This document shows, in pieces, positions 59,824 through 64,000 of a stretch of 64,000 nt of DNA. The stretch comes from Setoptus koraiensis (lineage: Eukaryota; Animalia; Arthropoda). Both the position numbers and the translations under genes were made by a program. The notes below the pieces were generated by a model, which saw nothing but the letters and a program-made list of their open reading frames with translations, did no database searches and was not told the origin of the DNA. Location of the stretch: contig CM106585.1 of the NCBI GenBank assembly GCA_048013815.1, positions 13,206,001 to 13,270,000 of the forward strand. The letters are read 5' to 3'. Position 1 is the stretch's first letter; every line of letters begins with the position of its first letter.

Positions 59824-60774
59824 AGCTAATCGGCTGAGCTGGCAAGATGCAAACGGCAGAAAGGGTTGCAAGTTGCGCAACATTAATACAGGCAACGAGG
59901 GTGATGGCAAGCGGCAAACAATCATTAGTGGTAGGATAGCGCTGTTTTCTATAGAGTTTGTTTGCATACAGTGAATACCCTAGTGAATAATCAGTTTGCC
60001 AGCTGGCGATGATGTGTGTTTGTATATTACATCTCATACTTGAATTATGATATACAAATGATGTTTTAATACGTCTGGCCACTGTCAAATAACGACACCG
60101 TTTGGACCAGTCCCGAGTGGCGCCACCTCAGGCCAATTCGAGACAACAGCCCTGGACAACAATTGCGATACACACACATATAAATATGGCAGCCACTTGA
60201 TCGACGACAGTGCCAATTTATAAGTTACATACCAATGTATGTTGACTGACACCAAATCAGACTTGTGAGCTGACTTGCGAGGCGAGCGGCCAACTGCAGC
60301 AAGCGCCTGCCAATATGCAAATTTGGCAAGCGATCGGCAAGCTGTCACTGGGAAATTGATAGTATGAATTGTAACTGTAACATGGACGCGACCACGTCTG
60401 ACGTCTTAATAGCAGCGACTATAAAATAGCATAAACTATAAAATAACGGTAAACTGTTTACCCTTTGCTGCGATGTTTGCCTCGTCGCCGCCGCCGCCGT
60501 CGCCGTCGCTTCGTTTACGGTCGACATCACTTTCGTGGGCCGACGATAATAAGCGATAGCAATAGCAATGATAATGGCGATAGTGATAATGATAGTTATA
60601 GCGTGTGCTCAAACGGCTCACTGAAACGGCTATCGCTCGCTTCCGTTTGGCCAATCGGACACAATTTGCATATAGCTTGGGCGCTTGTTATCACTTGCTA
60701 CAAACAGTGCAAACGGATAAATAATGGCCACTGTCTGTTTGTAGTGTCCATTTTATTTTATGTGTTTGTACAGC

Positions 60775-60793
60775 GTAGTAGTAGTAGTAGTAG

Positions 60794-60825
<32 letters not shown>
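60775..60825. repeat. Compound microsatellite (GTA)6(GTT)11
   Basis: Read directly. Confidence 0.9.
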
Positions 60826-60827
<2 letters not shown>

Positions 60828-63800
60828 AGGTGAGCTTGTCCGTACAACAGTTGTAAAAAAGTAACTGTATTACCTGGCGAGATAAAGTGATGATTTGCGC
60901 AATCATCACTTGAGCAGGCTTTCCACGCGGCCATCGGTCAGCTGTCAGTCAGACAGTAGTTGATATTTAGTAGCCCTAATGGCCGCTACTAAATTTGTAT
61001 ATATAATACTATTATATAATATACTATTATACAATATATATTGTACATACACGCTGATATTACGCTGACCCGGCATGTCTGAAGGTAAAATAAAATGAGA
61101 GAGAGAGAGAGAGAGAGAGATTCCGTTAATTTCGCCACTTATGCAGCCATATAACTGTATCATGGGGCCTTGCAGGTGACCATTGCGCTGTCGTCGTTGG
61201 CTGGTCTTTGTTTATCGCTCGTTTTACCATTGAACTCATTAGATGTCAAGTGTGTGGCATGCAATTAATTACAGACAAACAAAAAAACACACACACACAC
61301 ATTCAGTTCCGTTCCGTTGTTTTACTCTAATGAATGTCACTCTTCTTCGTCTGCCTCCAATCCGACGACGACAACAACCGAGCGAAAGCGCTGAGACAAA
61401 GAGACTAATTACACCAAATTCAGTGTGCTGGTGTGACCGATAAACTTGAACTTGTCCCCTCGTCTGACATGAAAATAAACAGTTGCCCATGCCCACGACC
61501 ACAGGAAGTGCGGTGCGTCTACACAATGTCAACTGCTGCTGCTGCTGCCACTGTCAGCACAATGTTCGCCGGCAACAAAATACCAATATTATATATTACA
61601 TAATAATATGATATTAATTCGTCATGACAGGTGACGAAAGTCGGTCACATGGTCGGCGGCCGATAATTGCATGCAGCATGCATAAACACACATAAACACA
61701 TGCTATCGTCATGTTATCATGTGATACATGTTGCCGATAATTTGCTTAGACAGCAGCTCTTAGCGCGCCAGATAAACAGTGCCAATTATTCGGCACCAAC
61801 AACAACGACAGCGACAACAATCGAGCGTACTGTTATTAATTTCACCTTCCATTGATTAACGGTTGCGCTGCGGCTCTCCGCTGATTATCAATTCAGGCCA
61901 AAGCTTGAGGCAATAAACAAATTGTTGTTTGTTGTGGCCCGATTTCTCGGTGGCTTTTTGCGGCAGCGACACTTCTCTGTCTCTCTCTGTCTCTGTCTCT
62001 CTCTCTCTCTCTCTCTCTTTGTCTGTCTTGCTGGCCAACAATGGAGCGAGCCGAGGTTGTGTTTGTCATGACACAACACTGGCCAGAGACTAGATTGCCG
62101 CTCACCGGAAGTGTCCCTCATTCTGTGTGTGTGTGTGAATGTGCCAGAAACAATGGTCGATGGACGGATTCACGGGCACACGAATAGTGAGCGAGTCGGG
62201 CACACTTTCAATTGGGCATACTCGTCGCTTGGGTGCAACAACTGCGAGCCAGCAACAACGACAGCAGCAACAACAACAACAGCAACAACGACAGCAGCAA
62301 CAACAACAACAGCAACAACGACAGCAACAGGTGAGAGATAGGATTGGCAAAGGCGGCAACAATTGCGCAACAGAAACAACAACAACGCTGTTGCAACGCG
62401 ATGCGAAGCGTGTGTGTGTGTGTGTGTCTTTTTAAATTATACCAAGTGAAAACGGCAACAACAATATGATGGCTACGACGATAATTACGACCACGATGGC
62501 GATTGCAATCAAGCACGCGCGATCATGATGAGTAGAGCAGTCGCCATGCCCACTGTTACCAGCAACAAGTTGACCATTTGTGGACCATCTCTGAATATCT
62601 GAATCTTTGAATCTTTGAATCTCTGGATTGAGCCAAACATCTCACACAATGATGTGCCCGTTTGCGACAAACAATTGCGACAATGTCCGACCGAGAACAG
62701 GTTGTTGCACACACGCACTTGACACTTGCCAGCCATTTGTTGGCCAGCGTGAAAAGATGATTTTGTTGGCTGTTGCTGTTGTTGTTGTTGTTGTTGTCTT
62801 CATCGCTGACCAGCTGACCAGCTGGCCAGCTGGCGCTCGCCGTTGATGATGGGAAAAACGGAAATTAATAATAACGATGGATTTATCGCGCCACAACAAT
62901 ACGGAACAAGGCCAAATGCAGCTCATTAAATATTACAAAACAACAACCATAAAGCACCGTTTAGACATGCACACCGGCGGAGATGCAAACTCTGGCCACT
63001 TTGGCCACTCTCGCTAACAGCGCCATTGTTTGGCACGATGGCTCGATTGCGCAAGCGACAAATAATTGAATAACAATGTTATCACTGTCATCATCTGTCT
63101 GGGCACAATTGTCAGACTTGGGCCACTTTGCGACTGCAACAAATTGTAAATTGTGTCCACACTCGCCGGCGCCCATTCCGACGACAGTATCCGCTTCTTA
63201 ATTGCGCCCCAGATTGCGTCGGATTAGACCAGAGGATAATGCACATTACACTCTGGCGTGTGCGCTCTTGTGTGACGGAAAGCGGCCTACAGAATATACA
63301 AAATATTTCGACAATATTCACACTTTTCAGCTACTGTGTGCACTTTGCTGCAACACGAACATGGCTTTCAATTTTAGGCCACTCCGCGGGCCGACACACC
63401 GGGAAAAAAATGGCGACATTCCGGCAAAAATATCGACATACCGGCGCAAAAATATCGACACCCTCCCGTTTGTCTTCCGACGATATTGCGGACCGCTGGC
63501 GATCGCACAATATTCACACTAATACTGATGATAAATACTGATGATAGTCCGGCGCGATGCATTGATGATTTTATTTATATACGTTGACGCTGATAATTGT
63601 TTCATCATCGCTGATACTCGATCGCTTCGTCGCTATGTTTGTGTCGACGGCGATGCTGGCCATCATCGCAATGCTTGCTGAGCCATGTTTTTGCACTGGC
63701 AACTCGCTACTTTCGAGTTACGTTCGGGTTACGTTCGAGTCACTCTCGAGCTACTCCCGAGCTGGTCGCAACTCACACCAAATCTCACAAATTGTCGAGC

Positions 63801-64000
63801 GATGAAGCAGGCCAACTAATGGCACGATGATGAATTAGTTTATGTTAATATTAGCATTGTAATGAAGATTCAATTACTTGCCGTTGTTGTTGCCGTTGTT
63901 GTTGTTGCTGCTTTTGCTGCTGTTGTTGTTGCATTCATTATTATGCATGCTGCGCCATGTTGAAACTTAAAAAATGAAATGCAACAACAGCAACAGCAAC

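Noticed and set aside
59864-59960. GCKLRNINTGN as MH2 exon 3 (expected GVKIKMD..GN)
   Set aside because: Purine-rich acceptor, and the downstream sequence does not match the MH2 continuation.
1-64000. Known miRNAs, tRNAs, transposase or reverse-transcriptase ORFs, telomeric repeats
   Set aside because: None recognised by eye; a formal search was not possible.

Overview
Eukaryotic (arthropod) nuclear DNA in two very different compartments. (1) A compact, AT-rich, intron-poor gene block (~4.3-23.6 kb): an intronless SWT1-like PIN-domain gene (-), a candidate small secreted Cys-rich ORF (-), the spliceosomal helicase Brr2/SNRNP200 (-, 3 exons, 2166 aa), the 3' part of a C19orf47-like SAM-domain gene (-) whose 5' end dissolves into a ~4.8 kb G/T-only tract next to a 500-N scaffold gap, intronless deoxyhypusine synthase (+) and SYS1 (+, 2 exons). 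(2) The 5' part of an Expansion/Rebuf-family MH2-domain gene (+): exon 1 at 25292-25504 and exon 2 at 56969-57202, separated by a 31,464-nt GC/CpG-rich intron; exon 3 was not found in the window. That intron has no credible ORFs but is densely packed with bZIP-type palindromes (TTACGTAA, TTGCGCAA, TTGCGTAA), ACAGGTGA E-boxes, short tandem duplications and a few strong hairpins. The compact, intron-poor layout resembles eriophyoid mites (inference only). No transposase, tRNA, rRNA or CRISPR array was seen. All gene identities come from motifs recalled from memory, not from database searches; motif counts were made by eye and are minimum values.
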